A DNA stretch of 64,000 nucleotides from Clostridiaceae bacterium (GTDB taxonomy: Bacteria; Bacillota; Clostridia; Oscillospirales; Acutalibacteraceae). Of this stretch, positions 36,824 through 45,877 are shown piece after piece. A program made the position numbers and the translations under genes. The notes under the pieces were generated by a model. The model was not told where the DNA came from and made no database searches. It worked only from the letters and a program-made list of their open reading frames with translations. Location of the stretch: contig JAEDGF010000002.1 of the NCBI GenBank assembly GCA_016297645.1, positions 5,266-69,265 of the forward strand, read 5' to 3'. Position 1 is the first letter of the stretch, and each line of letters begins with the position of its first letter.

Positions 36824-38314
36824 TTATCCGTTTTCTTTTTTGCGTATTTCAGAGAGGATTCTGTCGTATTCCTCTTCGTCTATTTTGTATTTCTTCGAAA
36901 TTACATAGAATCCGATTCCCATGAACACGACTGGCAGAACCGTCATTACGCAGCGGAGCGCAAGCGTCATTCCGTCGGAAGCTTCCGATAAGATGTTTTC
37001 GATATAAGACGCTTTGTATTCAACCGTCCAAACCGAAGGATCCGAAATAGCCGAGTTTTCTGCGGCTGAAATTTTGTTCGTTATATCCGTAAGACCTATC
37101 GCAAGATACACGACCATAATAATGACCTGTTGAAGCGAGCTCGACAGCTTCGCCATAAACGGACGGACAGAGAATATAAGAGCTTCGTTTCTTTCGCCTG
37201 TCATAAGCTCGTTGTATTCGATTGTATTGGAAAGGCAAATCGCACCTATGAGATAGAACAGCGAATACCCGAGTCCGATAAACAGCGATTCAGCGCAGAG
37301 AAGATAGAACGAAAGCTTCGGGGAGGTGATGAGTGTACCGGTGAGCATAAATGCCGCATAGCCGCAAATTGTAAGCGCAAACGAAATTCTGACGATTTGA
37401 ATTCGTTTGAGAACCTTTGTAAGCAGCGGATATATAACAAAGCTGATTCCTGATGCCGCACCGTAAAAAACAACAAACAGCGTTGTAAAAGAGCCTTCGT
37501 AACCGTAGGAAAGATAAATGTAGTTAGTTCCGAAAGCGGTGAGCAGTGAACCGCTCATGTTTACGAACAGAAGCATGACGGCTGTCCACAGAACCTGTTT
37601 GTTATTAAACAGTATCTTTATCATCTGTTTGAAGCCTGTTTTTTCGGATGATACGGCATTTCTGAGCGGCTTTTCTTTGACCCCGGCGCAGACAAATGAC
37701 TGACAGCCGATGAAAAGAAGAGCAATAACGATAGAAACCACCTTGTAGCCTGTTACTGCGCTGTTGCCGATCGCGAGCTTACCGACAGTGAGAATGGGAA
37801 TAAGTCCGTTTGCAAGTATCGTTCCCAGCCCGGAAAAGAGATTGGACATAGAGGTGATGACATCGCGTTCGCGCGGCTCGCTTGTAAGCGACGGCAGCAT
37901 TGACCAGTAGCCGATATCGTTCATCGTGTATGTCATGTCCCAAATTAGATAGAGGAAAGTGAAGGCAATGACAAAAGCCGACCCTTTGAGCGGAAGCGAA
38001 AAAATAAGCACGAGTACAATGGCGTTTGTAATTGCGCCTATGAGTATCCACGGCTTGAACTTACCGAACTTTGAACGGGTGTTTTCAATAATTCCGCCCA
38101 TTATAGGGTCGTTGATTCCGTCCCATATACGGCAGATTACCATAATAATGCTTATTGCGGCAAACTGACCGTCGGTAACATCTTTTGTGTACAGAATAAA
38201 TGTAAGTAAAAAGTATGTATACAGTGAGTAAGCAAGGTCGCGTCCTACGCCGCCGAGGCTGTATATCCATTTGTTGCGTGCAAAAAAGTTCCCGGAATCG
38301 TTTTTCTTTTTCAT
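36824..38314 (-). CDS. Glycoside-pentoside-hexuronide (GPH):cation symporter family transporter
   Basis: 496 aa with about 12 TM segments. GPH-type N-terminus (KWIYSLGGVGRDLAYSL, RIWDGINDPIMG). Confidence 0.8.
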   Translation of the reverse strand: MKKKNDSGNFFARNKWIYSLGGVGRDLAYSLYTYFLLTFILYTKDVTDGQFAAISIIMVICRIWDGINDPIMGGIIENTRSKFGKFKPWILIGAITNAIVLVLIFSLPLKGSAFVIAFTFLYLIWDMTYTMNDIGYWSMLPSLTSEPRERDVITSMSNLFSGLGTILANGLIPILTVGKLAIGNSAVTGYKVVSIVIALLFIGCQSFVCAGVKEKPLRNAVSSEKTGFKQMIKILFNNKQVLWTAVMLLFVNMSGSLLTAFGTNYIYLSYGYEGSFTTLFVVFYGAASGISFVIYPLLTKVLKRIQIVRISFALTICGYAAFMLTGTLITSPKLSFYLLCAESLFIGLGYSLFYLIGAICLSNTIEYNELMTGERNEALIFSVRPFMAKLSSSLQQVIIMVVYLAIGLTDITNKISAAENSAISDPSVWTVEYKASYIENILSEASDGMTLALRCVMTVLPVVFMGIGFYVISKKYKIDEEEYDRILSEIRKKENG

Positions 38315-38327
38315 AGCTTTTTCACCG

Positions 38328-38801
38328 TTAAATAATTGTCATTTTTTTGATAACAACGGGAGTTACCGGTCTGTCGCCGTAGGTTGTGGGAACGCTTGCG
38401 ATTTCATCAACGGCTTCAATTCCGTTTACGACTTTTCCGAAAGCGGCGTAGCTTCCGTCAAGGTGGGGAGCGTCCTCGTGCATGATGAAGAACTGTGAGC
38501 TTGCGGAGTTGGGGTTCATGGCGCGAGCCATCGATATAACTCCGCGGGTGTGTTTAATGTCGTTTGTTTTAAATCCGTTTGCTTCAAACTCTCCGGGAAT
38601 ATTTTCATCTGAGCCGCCCATTCCCGTACCGAGGGGATCTCCGCCCTGAATCATAAAGCCCTTGATGATTCTGTGGAATGTTAAACCGTCATAAAAGCCG
38701 TCTTTTACGAGTTTTTCGAAATTTGCGACTGTTTTGGGTGCTTTGTCTGGGTAAAGCTCCAAGTCGATAATTGCGCCGTTGTCCATTTCAATGCGTACCA
38801 T
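38328..38801 (-). CDS. ppiB: Cyclophilin-type peptidyl-prolyl cis-trans isomerase
   Basis: FHRIIKGFMIQGGDP and SQFFI motifs. Confidence 0.92.
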   Translation of the reverse strand: MVRIEMDNGAIIDLELYPDKAPKTVANFEKLVKDGFYDGLTFHRIIKGFMIQGGDPLGTGMGGSDENIPGEFEANGFKTNDIKHTRGVISMARAMNPNSASSQFFIMHEDAPHLDGSYAAFGKVVNGIEAVDEIASVPTTYGDRPVTPVVIKKMTII

Positions 38802-38960
38802 TTTGTAAATCTCCTTTTGATATTTTTCCCTTATATTCTATCACATAATTCATATTTTTTACACTGTGCAATATACCGAATTTTTCCTTTTTGTTTTAGT
38901 TATTATGCGAAGAATTTTTTAATAAATATTACTAAAAAGAAAAAACGGAGATGAATTGCC

Positions 38961-39233
38961 TTGCCGGAAATGAGTTCAGCAGCACATAATGTAATAATTG
39001 AAAACAGAAAAAGAATATCCATGTCGGGTGTGACCGATGTCGGGAGCTTTGATGAAGAAACACTCAATATCGTATCAGCCGACGGAAGCATTACCGTAAA
39101 AGGGGAGAACTTGCAGGTTACAAAGCTCAGTCTTGAATCGGGTGAGCTTTGCGCAGAGGGAGAAATAAACGCCGTTATTTACTCGGCTTCGCCCGTAAAG
39201 GGAAAAGGACTGTTCTCTAAAATGTTTGGATAA
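38961..39233 (+). CDS. yabP: Sporulation protein YabP
   Basis: NVIIENRKRISMSGVTDVGSFDEETL is the YabP signature. The start is ambiguous (TTG 38961 or ATG 38970). Confidence 0.8.
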   Translation: MPEMSSAAHNVIIENRKRISMSGVTDVGSFDEETLNIVSADGSITVKGENLQVTKLSLESGELCAEGEINAVIYSASPVKGKGLFSKMFG

Positions 39234-39244
39234 AAGGAGAGCGT

Positions 39245-39697
39245 ATGGTAAAATACGAAGGTGCCGAAAATCTTCGGCTGTTTATAAAAGCAGGCGGAAT
39301 AGGTTTCGTTCTCGGTTTTCTTTTTACTCTGAAAGACATTTTGTCGGGCGTGAAAAAAGACAGAATTCACATGAAAGCCGTATTTGACATTGTTTTTACG
39401 GTCATTGCGGGCGTTATATCGTTTCTGTTTATTCTCTCGGAGAACAACGGTTTATTCAGGTGGTTTGCTGTAATAGGTGAATGCATCGGTTTATTGCTGT
39501 TTCTTCTTATACCCGGACGCGCCGTGCTTGGAGCATATCTGTTTTTGTCGGGTAAAATATCGGCAATGAATAGCAGAATCAGAGGGAAAATTATCGCCAA
39601 AAGAGCGAAACATGAAAAAGCACGAATGAAAAAAGCCGAGCGGCGAAAAAAAAGAAAAAAACATCCAAAAAAAGTTAACAAAACTATTGCAACATAA
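39245..39697 (+). CDS. yabQ: Spore cortex biosynthesis protein YabQ
   Basis: Follows yabP. Multi-TM protein with a basic KR-rich tail. Confidence 0.7.
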   Translation: MVKYEGAENLRLFIKAGGIGFVLGFLFTLKDILSGVKKDRIHMKAVFDIVFTVIAGVISFLFILSENNGLFRWFAVIGECIGLLLFLLIPGRAVLGAYLFLSGKISAMNSRIRGKIIAKRAKHEKARMKKAERRKKRKKHPKKVNKTIAT

Positions 39698-39751
39698 CAC
39701 AAAGATGATATATAATAATAGAAAAGATTTTTGCAGAAAGAATGGTTAGAG

Positions 39752-40042
39752 ATGCAGACTAAAAAGGGGACAAAGCACAGCAAAATAATGATTGCAGTTG
39801 TTGCTACTGCTGTCCTGTTCGCTGCAAGTCTTTACGGCTTTCTTCAAGCGGATATAAATGCAAAGGCGGAGGAGCTTGCTGGCCTCACTTCTCAGTGGGA
39901 GGCGCTTTCTGCCGAGAACGAAGAAATAAATTCATTGATAAATGAAACCGATGAAGCAAAGCTATATGAACATCTTGCGCGAGAGAGGGGATATGTGTAC
40001 CCCGACGAAAAGATATATTATGATGTGACCCCCGGAAACTGA
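39752..40042 (+). CDS. divIC: Septum formation initiator (DivIC/FtsB family)
   Basis: Single TM followed by a coiled coil, ending ARERGYVYPDEKIYYD. Conserved position after yabQ. The start is uncertain (TTG 39731 is the alternative). Confidence 0.7.
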   Translation: MQTKKGTKHSKIMIAVVATAVLFAASLYGFLQADINAKAEELAGLTSQWEALSAENEEINSLINETDEAKLYEHLARERGYVYPDEKIYYDVTPGN

Positions 40043-40229
40043 TATCCGTGTGTTTTTCTCACGGCTTTTTATGTCGTGTTGCGTGCGCTTTCTTCGGGCG
40101 TTTTGTCATAACGAGAACCACGCGGATTTTGTACCGATAGATATTTTAACTCTCATCAATAGACGCACCGGGTTTGTCGGTGTGATTTATATAGAACAAA
40201 TAAGAAAAATCAGGAGGACTCTTGTCTGT

Positions 40230-40691
40230 ATGCAATCAAAGGTCGGTGAAATATACGAGGGAAAAGTGACGGGCTTGACCGCGTTCGGAGCATTCGTCAA
40301 GCTTTCGAACGGAGAAACGGGAATGGTACATATTTCCGAGGTCGCTCCCGTGTTTGTACATGATATTAAAGATCATGTAAAAGAAGGGCAGGATGTAAAG
40401 GTCAAGGTAATCGCAATAAACGAAGCGAACAAAATCAGCCTTTCTATTAAACAGGCACTTCCGAAACAGGATGACGGTGAACAGCGCAAAAAGAAGTTCT
40501 CCGAATCGGGTTCGCCCAAAGGTAATTCCGGCAGACAACCTTTTGACAGACAGCAGCGTCAGTCCACAAGTAACTCGTCCGGCTCCATGTCCTTTGAAGA
40601 TATGATGGCAAAATTCAAGGCTGAGAGTGATGAAAAAATCTCTGCGTTGAAGCGCTCGGAGCAGCGCAGCAATCGCCGCGGTAATAAATAA
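40230..40691 (+). CDS. yabR: S1 RNA-binding domain protein (YabR-like)
   Basis: ATG 40230 follows AGGAGG. S1 fold GEIYEGKVTGLTAFGAFVKL...GMVHISE. Confidence 0.8.
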   Translation: MQSKVGEIYEGKVTGLTAFGAFVKLSNGETGMVHISEVAPVFVHDIKDHVKEGQDVKVKVIAINEANKISLSIKQALPKQDDGEQRKKKFSESGSPKGNSGRQPFDRQQRQSTSNSSGSMSFEDMMAKFKAESDEKISALKRSEQRSNRRGNK

Positions 40692-40705
40692 TTGTTTTTT
40701 CTTTT

Positions 40706-40735
40706 GAGAGCCGTTTGAGTGCGGCTCTCTTTTTG
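40706..40735 (+). terminator. Intrinsic terminator
   Basis: gagagccg / cggctctc stem followed by tttttg. Confidence 0.8.
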
Positions 40736-40825
40736 TTATATTTGCAAAATGGCGAATAATTCGGCAGAATCTAACCGGAAATCGTTTCGCAACTGTCGGT
40801 TGACAAAAGCGCAACCGTTATGATA

Positions 40826-40855
40826 TTGACAATGGGGGCGGTTTTTTGGTAAAAT
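40826..40855 (+). promoter_or_regulatory. Candidate promoter (TTGACA-18-TAAAAT with TGg extended -10)
   Basis: -35 at 40826-40831 and -10 at 40850-40855. A second TTGACA lies at 40800. Confidence 0.45.
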
Positions 40856-40929
40856 AACACCAGTCCCGAAACTTGTGTTCGACAAATTTTCCGTACTTAG
40901 TTCGTTTTTTACTAAGCTGCGAAAGCAGA

Positions 40930-41005
40930 GAAAACCGTAATGCGGTTTTTACTTGTCGAAACACAGAGAAATCCGTACACGGGTTTTTGCTTGTCGATAT
41001 ACAGT
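40930..41005 (+). repeat. Two tandem 38-nt direct repeats inside a roughly 300-nt leader
   Basis: Unit A is gaaaaccgtaatgcggtttttacttgtcgaaacacaga. Unit B is gaaatccgtacacgggtttttgcttgtcgatatacagt. About 30 of 38 positions are identical. Each unit holds a mini-hairpin, T5 and cttgtcga. Confidence 0.6.
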
Positions 41006-41165
41006 TGTGTGTACGGTTGTTTCTGTCACAGTAAAAGAGGAGTATAGTGTGAATACGGTTCTCCGGGACAGTGTATAGCAGTAAAAAAAGACTTTTTGTT
41101 TTCCCTGTATCCGTCATTGGGGAAAATACCATTATATACAAGTGTTCCAAGGAGATAGTGGAAAA

Positions 41166-41942
41166 ATGAAGGGAGAACTTTGCGTGTCGCTCGGAAGCAA
41201 TCTGTATGCGCTTCGGAAAAGCAGAAAATGGACGCAGGGATATGTCGCGGAGAGAATCGGCGTGTCAAGGCAAGCCGTTTCGAAATGGGAGCTTGACGAA
41301 TCCGTACCCGACATTACAAAACTGAATTTGTTGAGTGAACTTTTCAATGTATCGACCGATGAGCTTTTAACCGAAACACCGGCGAACATTGTTAAACGCA
41401 GCTTGGAAAACAGAAGGAACAGTCGATATGCCGATGAGGCGAACGATTGTCCTGTTGATAATGATGTTCCGAAAAACGGAGAACCCGACACGGAAGAATC
41501 GGATATTCCGCCGCCTGTTTATGCGGAACGCACGGCAGTAAAAGATCGCCCGAAATATTCGCTGTTTCGTGCGGCGGTCGCGTGCCTGATCGGTATTGTA
41601 ATCCTCGGGACGATGTCTTTTGTTTCAACTCTTGTTCCGGCATATGTGGATAGTACATCCATTGTTACGAAAGATGATATCGTAACGGTTGAGGCTGGGG
41701 GAACACTGGTTATACCCGATCGGAACGAAGTTACGATGCGGCTGGAAATAGACGGTGACTTTTTTGCTTTTCTCAACACATACCGCTTGCATTGGCTCGC
41801 CCTAATTGGTTGTGTTGCAATTATCTACGGCATAATAAATACTGTTTTTGTCATAAAGCACGAAGTTAAGTGTGCTAAGTTAAGAGAGGAAGTTGTAAAT
41901 CGTGAATACTCAGAAGAAGAAAAGACAGTTCAAATACAGTAA
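41166..41942 (+). CDS. Membrane-anchored XRE-family HTH regulator (two TM helices)
   Basis: HTH segment WTQGYVAERIGVSRQAVSKWE. TM1 is AAVACLIGIVILGTMSFVSTLV and TM2 is LHWLALIGCVAIIYGIINTVFVI. AGGAG lies before ATG 41166. Confidence 0.75.
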   Translation: MKGELCVSLGSNLYALRKSRKWTQGYVAERIGVSRQAVSKWELDESVPDITKLNLLSELFNVSTDELLTETPANIVKRSLENRRNSRYADEANDCPVDNDVPKNGEPDTEESDIPPPVYAERTAVKDRPKYSLFRAAVACLIGIVILGTMSFVSTLVPAYVDSTSIVTKDDIVTVEAGGTLVIPDRNEVTMRLEIDGDFFAFLNTYRLHWLALIGCVAIIYGIINTVFVIKHEVKCAKLREEVVNREYSEEEKTVQIQ

Positions 41943-42603
41943 GGCAGTAAAAGCAATAGCTGTAATGTTCGTTGTTCTGTTTTCGTTGTCGTCTGCCGTT
42001 GCAGTTGCGCAGGCAAAGAGCGTAGATGTAGATACTGACATTCAGTTGGCTTATCATGAAGTTATCACAGATGAAGATGAATTGAACAGAATTGTTCAGG
42101 AGGAAGGAATAATCCTGTCGGGGACAAAACGACTGGAAAAAGTTGAAAAAATAGTGTATGCTTCAAAAGAGGAGGATACCGGCGCTATGAACATCGGAGT
42201 AGTGCCCTATGCTATACTCTATGAAATAAAAAATGTTGTTGTAAACAGCCCTGACTTCTATTACACATCCGATTATGAACATGACATTACTCATGGGGGT
42301 GGCAGTGTTTCCAAAACATATTCTTTTACGCGAGCTGTAAAGACAAATTTCGGCGGTGTTTCAATCGGCAATAGTACAGTTTCATCAGCTGTTGGATATG
42401 ATATTACGAATAAATACACTGTATCAAAGCATTTCTCGGCAACTATTGCCGAGGGCAAAGTATTGGATGTTAAGGCGTATCCGTTGTACAGACGCACAAC
42501 ATTCGATATCTATAACAAGTGGAACAATACTCTCGTAAAACAGGGCGCTTATACTGATAAGCCGGTAGGCGTTTATATTGCTCAATATACTTATTCTGCT
42601 TGA
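41902..42603 (+). CDS. Secreted beta-rich protein of unknown family
   Basis: GTG start overlaps the regulator gene by 41 nt. Signal peptide AIAVMFVVLFSLSSAVAVAQA. The mature part is rich in S/T/N/G/Y. No family was recognised. Confidence 0.55.
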   Translation: MNTQKKKRQFKYSKAVKAIAVMFVVLFSLSSAVAVAQAKSVDVDTDIQLAYHEVITDEDELNRIVQEEGIILSGTKRLEKVEKIVYASKEEDTGAMNIGVVPYAILYEIKNVVVNSPDFYYTSDYEHDITHGGGSVSKTYSFTRAVKTNFGGVSIGNSTVSSAVGYDITNKYTVSKHFSATIAEGKVLDVKAYPLYRRTTFDIYNKWNNTLVKQGAYTDKPVGVYIAQYTYSA

Positions 42604-42668
42604 TCTCCATTACACTCTTACATAAGCAAAGCCGGGCTGTCCTTTCGGATGGTCCGACTTTGTTTTAC

Positions 42669-42695
42669 GGCAGTTTTTACTGTCATTCTTTTTTT
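42669..42695 (+). terminator. Intrinsic terminator
   Basis: ggcagt / actgtc hairpin (one G-U pair) followed by attcttttttt. Confidence 0.55.
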
Positions 42696-42841
42696 GACGG
42701 CTTTGTTTTTTTATAAAAGTTTCTTCTTTTTTTAGTTTGAATTTAGAATGCCGTTGTAGTATATAGTCATTACGGGAAGGCATAATAAATAAAAATAACC
42801 GCAAGCTCATAAAAAATATATCAATTATTACCAAAAATCAC

Positions 42842-42870
42842 TTTACATTTAGTATTGTATATGCTATAAT
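42842..42870 (+). promoter_or_regulatory. SigA-type promoter for hpf (TTTACA-17-TATAAT with TGc extended -10)
   Basis: -35 at 42842-42847 and -10 at 42865-42870. Confidence 0.6.
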
Positions 42871-42966
42871 ACAGTTGAAAACAATAAAGAAAGGACGGTG
42901 CGGCGAAGTAATATCACTTCAATCTCCGTCCGCTTTTTGTTATTATATATAGAAAGGGATGTAGTT

Positions 42967-43494
42967 ATGAACATCACAGTAGTCGGCAGAAAATGCACAC
43001 CGCGCGAAAATTTCAAAGAAAGAGCAGAAAAGAAACTTTCAAAAATCGATCGATTTTTCGGTGAGGGTGCGACCGCCAAAGTAACTGCAACCGTTGAAAA
43101 GAATTCCCAGTCGGTTGAAATCACCGTTGTAAACGACGGAATGTTCTTCCGTGCGCAGGCGAGAGCCGAAAATATGAACGACGCTCTCGATGAATGCGTT
43201 GACCTTCTTATCCGCCAGATGCGCAAGAACAAAACAAAGCTCGAAAAAAGACTTAAAGCAGGCGCGTTTGACGAATTGGTTGCTCCCGAAGTCGAAGAAG
43301 AAACCGAGTTTGAGCTTGTGAGGACAAAAGTTATACCCGTTAAACCGCAGTCGGTCGACGAGGCAATTTTGCAGATGAATATGCTCGGTCACAAGTTCTA
43401 TGTTTTCCGTAATTCCGCAGACGATACCGTTTCGGTAGTATATCGCAGAGATGACGGCGGCTACGGTCTTATAGTACCGTCAGACGATAAATAA
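42967..43494 (+). CDS. hpf: Ribosome hibernation promoting factor, long form
   Basis: MNITVVGRK... N-terminal S30AE domain plus the C-terminal dimerisation domain (KPQSVDEAILQMNMLGHKFYVFRN). Confidence 0.9.
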   Translation: MNITVVGRKCTPRENFKERAEKKLSKIDRFFGEGATAKVTATVEKNSQSVEITVVNDGMFFRAQARAENMNDALDECVDLLIRQMRKNKTKLEKRLKAGAFDELVAPEVEEETEFELVRTKVIPVKPQSVDEAILQMNMLGHKFYVFRNSADDTVSVVYRRDDGGYGLIVPSDDK

Positions 43495-43594
43495 TAATGT
43501 AAAAGGGCTTTATGGCGCAGAAATGCCGTTCGGACGGAAACAGTGAGGATGGATGATTCATCTTAAAGGTCGGTTTTTCCGAAAAAAATAAGTC

Positions 43595-43623
43595 TTGACA
43601 TTTCTCGGTATAACCTATAAAAT
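43595..43623 (+). promoter_or_regulatory. SigA-type promoter for glnN-1 (TTGACA-17-TAAAAT)
   Basis: -35 at 43595-43600 and -10 at 43618-43623. Confidence 0.65.
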
Positions 43624-43632
43624 AAATTAAGC

Positions 43633-43680
43633 AATGGGGCGCGACTAAAATCGTTGCCCCATTTGTTATATTTCGTTTAT
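43633..43680 (+). terminator. Leader terminator-like hairpin between the promoter and glnN-1 (putative attenuator)
   Basis: aatggggc (43633-43640) / gccccatt (43656-43663) followed by tgttatatttcgttt. Confidence 0.5.
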
Positions 43681-43702
43681 AGAATAATGAGGTAGCATAA
43701 TT

Positions 43703-45796
43703 ATGAGATCGGTGAATGAATTCTTCGGCTGCGATGTATTTGGCGACGATGTAATGCGTGAACGGCTTCCGCATGATACATACAAACAGCTGCAAAAAAC
43801 CATAAAACAGGGTAAGCACCTTGAACTCGGCGTTGCAAATATCGTCGCAAACGCAATGAAGGACTGGGCTATCGAAAAGGGCGCCACTCACTTTACTCAC
43901 TGGTTTCAGCCGATGACGGGTATTACCGCCGAAAAGCACGATAGCTTCGTTACACCTGCCGGAAACGGAAGAATCATAATGGAGTTCTCCGGCAAGGAGC
44001 TTATTCAGGGCGAACCCGATGCTTCGTCCTTCCCGTCGGGCGGTTTGCGTGCAACATTTGAAGCACGCGGTTACACGGCATGGGATGCGACTTCGTACGC
44101 CTTTATTAAAGACGGTGTTTTATGCATTCCTACCGCTTTTTGTTCCTACGGCGGTCATGCACTCGACAAAAAGACACCTCTGCTGCGTTCCATGGAAACG
44201 CTCAACAGACAGGCACTTCGCGTTTTGAAGCTCTTCGGAAATGATGATGTGAAACGCGTTGATGTTACGGTCGGTGCGGAACAGGAGTATTTCCTGATCG
44301 ACAAAAGTGCATTTGAAGCGCGAAAAGATCTTATTTATTCGGGGCGTACGCTTTTCGGTGCGAGAAGTCCGAAAGGACAGGAACTGAGCGACCACTATTT
44401 CGGAGCTATTAAGCCCCGTGTTCAGGCATTCATGACCGAGCTTGACGAAGTCTTGTGGAAGCTGGGTATTCCGGCAAAAACCGAGCATAATGAAGTTGCT
44501 CCGGCTCAGCATGAGCTTGCCCCCGTTTACGAAACAACAAATATCGCGGCAGACCATAATCAGCTCACAATGGAGCTTATGCAGAAAATTGCAAGAAAGC
44601 ACGATATGGTATGTCTGCTCCATGAAAAACCGTTTGCCGGAGTAAACGGCAGCGGCAAACACAACAACTGGGCGCTCGCTACCGATACCGGCGTAAACCT
44701 GTTGAATCCCGGTGATACGCCTGCCGAAAACGCACAGTTCCTGTTGTTTTTGTGCGCCGTTATAAAGGCGGTCGACGACTATCAGGACATTCTGCGCGCA
44801 AGTGTTGCATCAGCCGGCAACGATCACCGGCTCGGCGCTCAGGAGGCACCGCCCGCTATCGTTTCCATCTTTTTGGGAACGGAGCTTACCGAAATTCTGC
44901 ACGCTATCGAAACCGATACGCCCTACGGCGGCAAAGAAAAAGAGCTTATGCGCGTTGGCGTTCACACTCTGCCGAAGTTCCCCAAGGATTCCACCGACAG
45001 AAACCGCACTTCACCCTTTGCTTTTACGGGAAATAAATTCGAGTTCAGAATGCTCGGTTCGTCCGATTCCGTTTCGGAAGCCAATGTTGTTCTCAACACA
45101 TCCGTTGCCGAGGAGCTGCGTCAATTCGCCGATGAGCTTGAAAAAGCGGACGACTTCGAAGTTTCTCTTCATTCTCTCATAAAGCGCGTTATTTCACAGC
45201 ACAAGAGAATTATTTTCAATGGTAACGGTTATGACGAAGCATGGCTTTTTGAAGCCGAAAAGAGGGGACTGCTCAATCTCAGAACGACTCCGGACTGTCT
45301 TCCTTGTCTTATAAAGAAAAAAAACATCGAGCTTTTCACTTCTCATAAAGTATACTCTGCCGAGGAGCTTCATGCCCGTTATGAAATTCTCACAGCGAAT
45401 TACACGAAAATAATCGGCATAGAAACACTTACAATGCTCGATATGGTCAACAAGGACATCCTGCCGTCCGTTGCGCGTTTTTCCGGCGAGCTTGCGGATG
45501 AGGCGCTTGCCAAAAAGTCGCTGCTGCCCTCTGCCGATTGCCGTTACGAGGAAACGCTTGTTCGCGAGCTGTCCGAACTCTCCGGCGCGGTATTTGCAAA
45601 GAAAAACGAGCTTGAAGAGCTTGTCGCTGCCGAGAGTGACTGCCCGGATAACACCTCAGCTGCGATTTTCTGCAAGGAAAAGCTTATTCCGTGCATGACA
45701 GAGCTGCGTATACTTGTGGATGAGATAGAAACAAAGACGGACGCTTCTTTCTGGCCGTATCCGTCTTACGGCGAAACTCTTTTCAGCGTAAAATAA
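43703..45796 (+). CDS. glnN: Glutamine synthetase, type III (copy 1)
   Basis: 697 aa. [37 protein letters not shown] and [18 protein letters not shown] are type III GS hallmarks. Confidence 0.9.
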   Translation: MRSVNEFFGCDVFGDDVMRERLPHDTYKQLQKTIKQGKHLELGVANIVANAMKDWAIEKGATHFTHWFQPMTGITAEKHDSFVTPAGNGRIIMEFSGKELIQGEPDASSFPSGGLRATFEARGYTAWDATSYAFIKDGVLCIPTAFCSYGGHALDKKTPLLRSMETLNRQALRVLKLFGNDDVKRVDVTVGAEQEYFLIDKSAFEARKDLIYSGRTLFGARSPKGQELSDHYFGAIKPRVQAFMTELDEVLWKLGIPAKTEHNEVAPAQHELAPVYETTNIAADHNQLTMELMQKIARKHDMVCLLHEKPFAGVNGSGKHNNWALATDTGVNLLNPGDTPAENAQFLLFLCAVIKAVDDYQDILRASVASAGNDHRLGAQEAPPAIVSIFLGTELTEILHAIETDTPYGGKEKELMRVGVHTLPKFPKDSTDRNRTSPFAFTGNKFEFRMLGSSDSVSEANVVLNTSVAEELRQFADELEKADDFEVSLHSLIKRVISQHKRIIFNGNGYDEAWLFEAEKRGLLNLRTTPDCLPCLIKKKNIELFTSHKVYSAEELHARYEILTANYTKIIGIETLTMLDMVNKDILPSVARFSGELADEALAKKSLLPSADCRYEETLVRELSELSGAVFAKKNELEELVAAESDCPDNTSAAIFCKEKLIPCMTELRILVDEIETKTDASFWPYPSYGETLFSVK

Positions 45797-45877
45797 TTTT
45801 TGAAACAAAACAAAAATGCCGCCTGCGGAAACGGAAAACCGTACCGTAAGCGGTATTTTTTATGATTTCATTTGAAA

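Noticed and set aside
40930-41005. CRISPR array
   Set aside because: There are only two adjacent 38-nt units with no unique spacers between them. The units are imperfect, and no cas genes are in the window.
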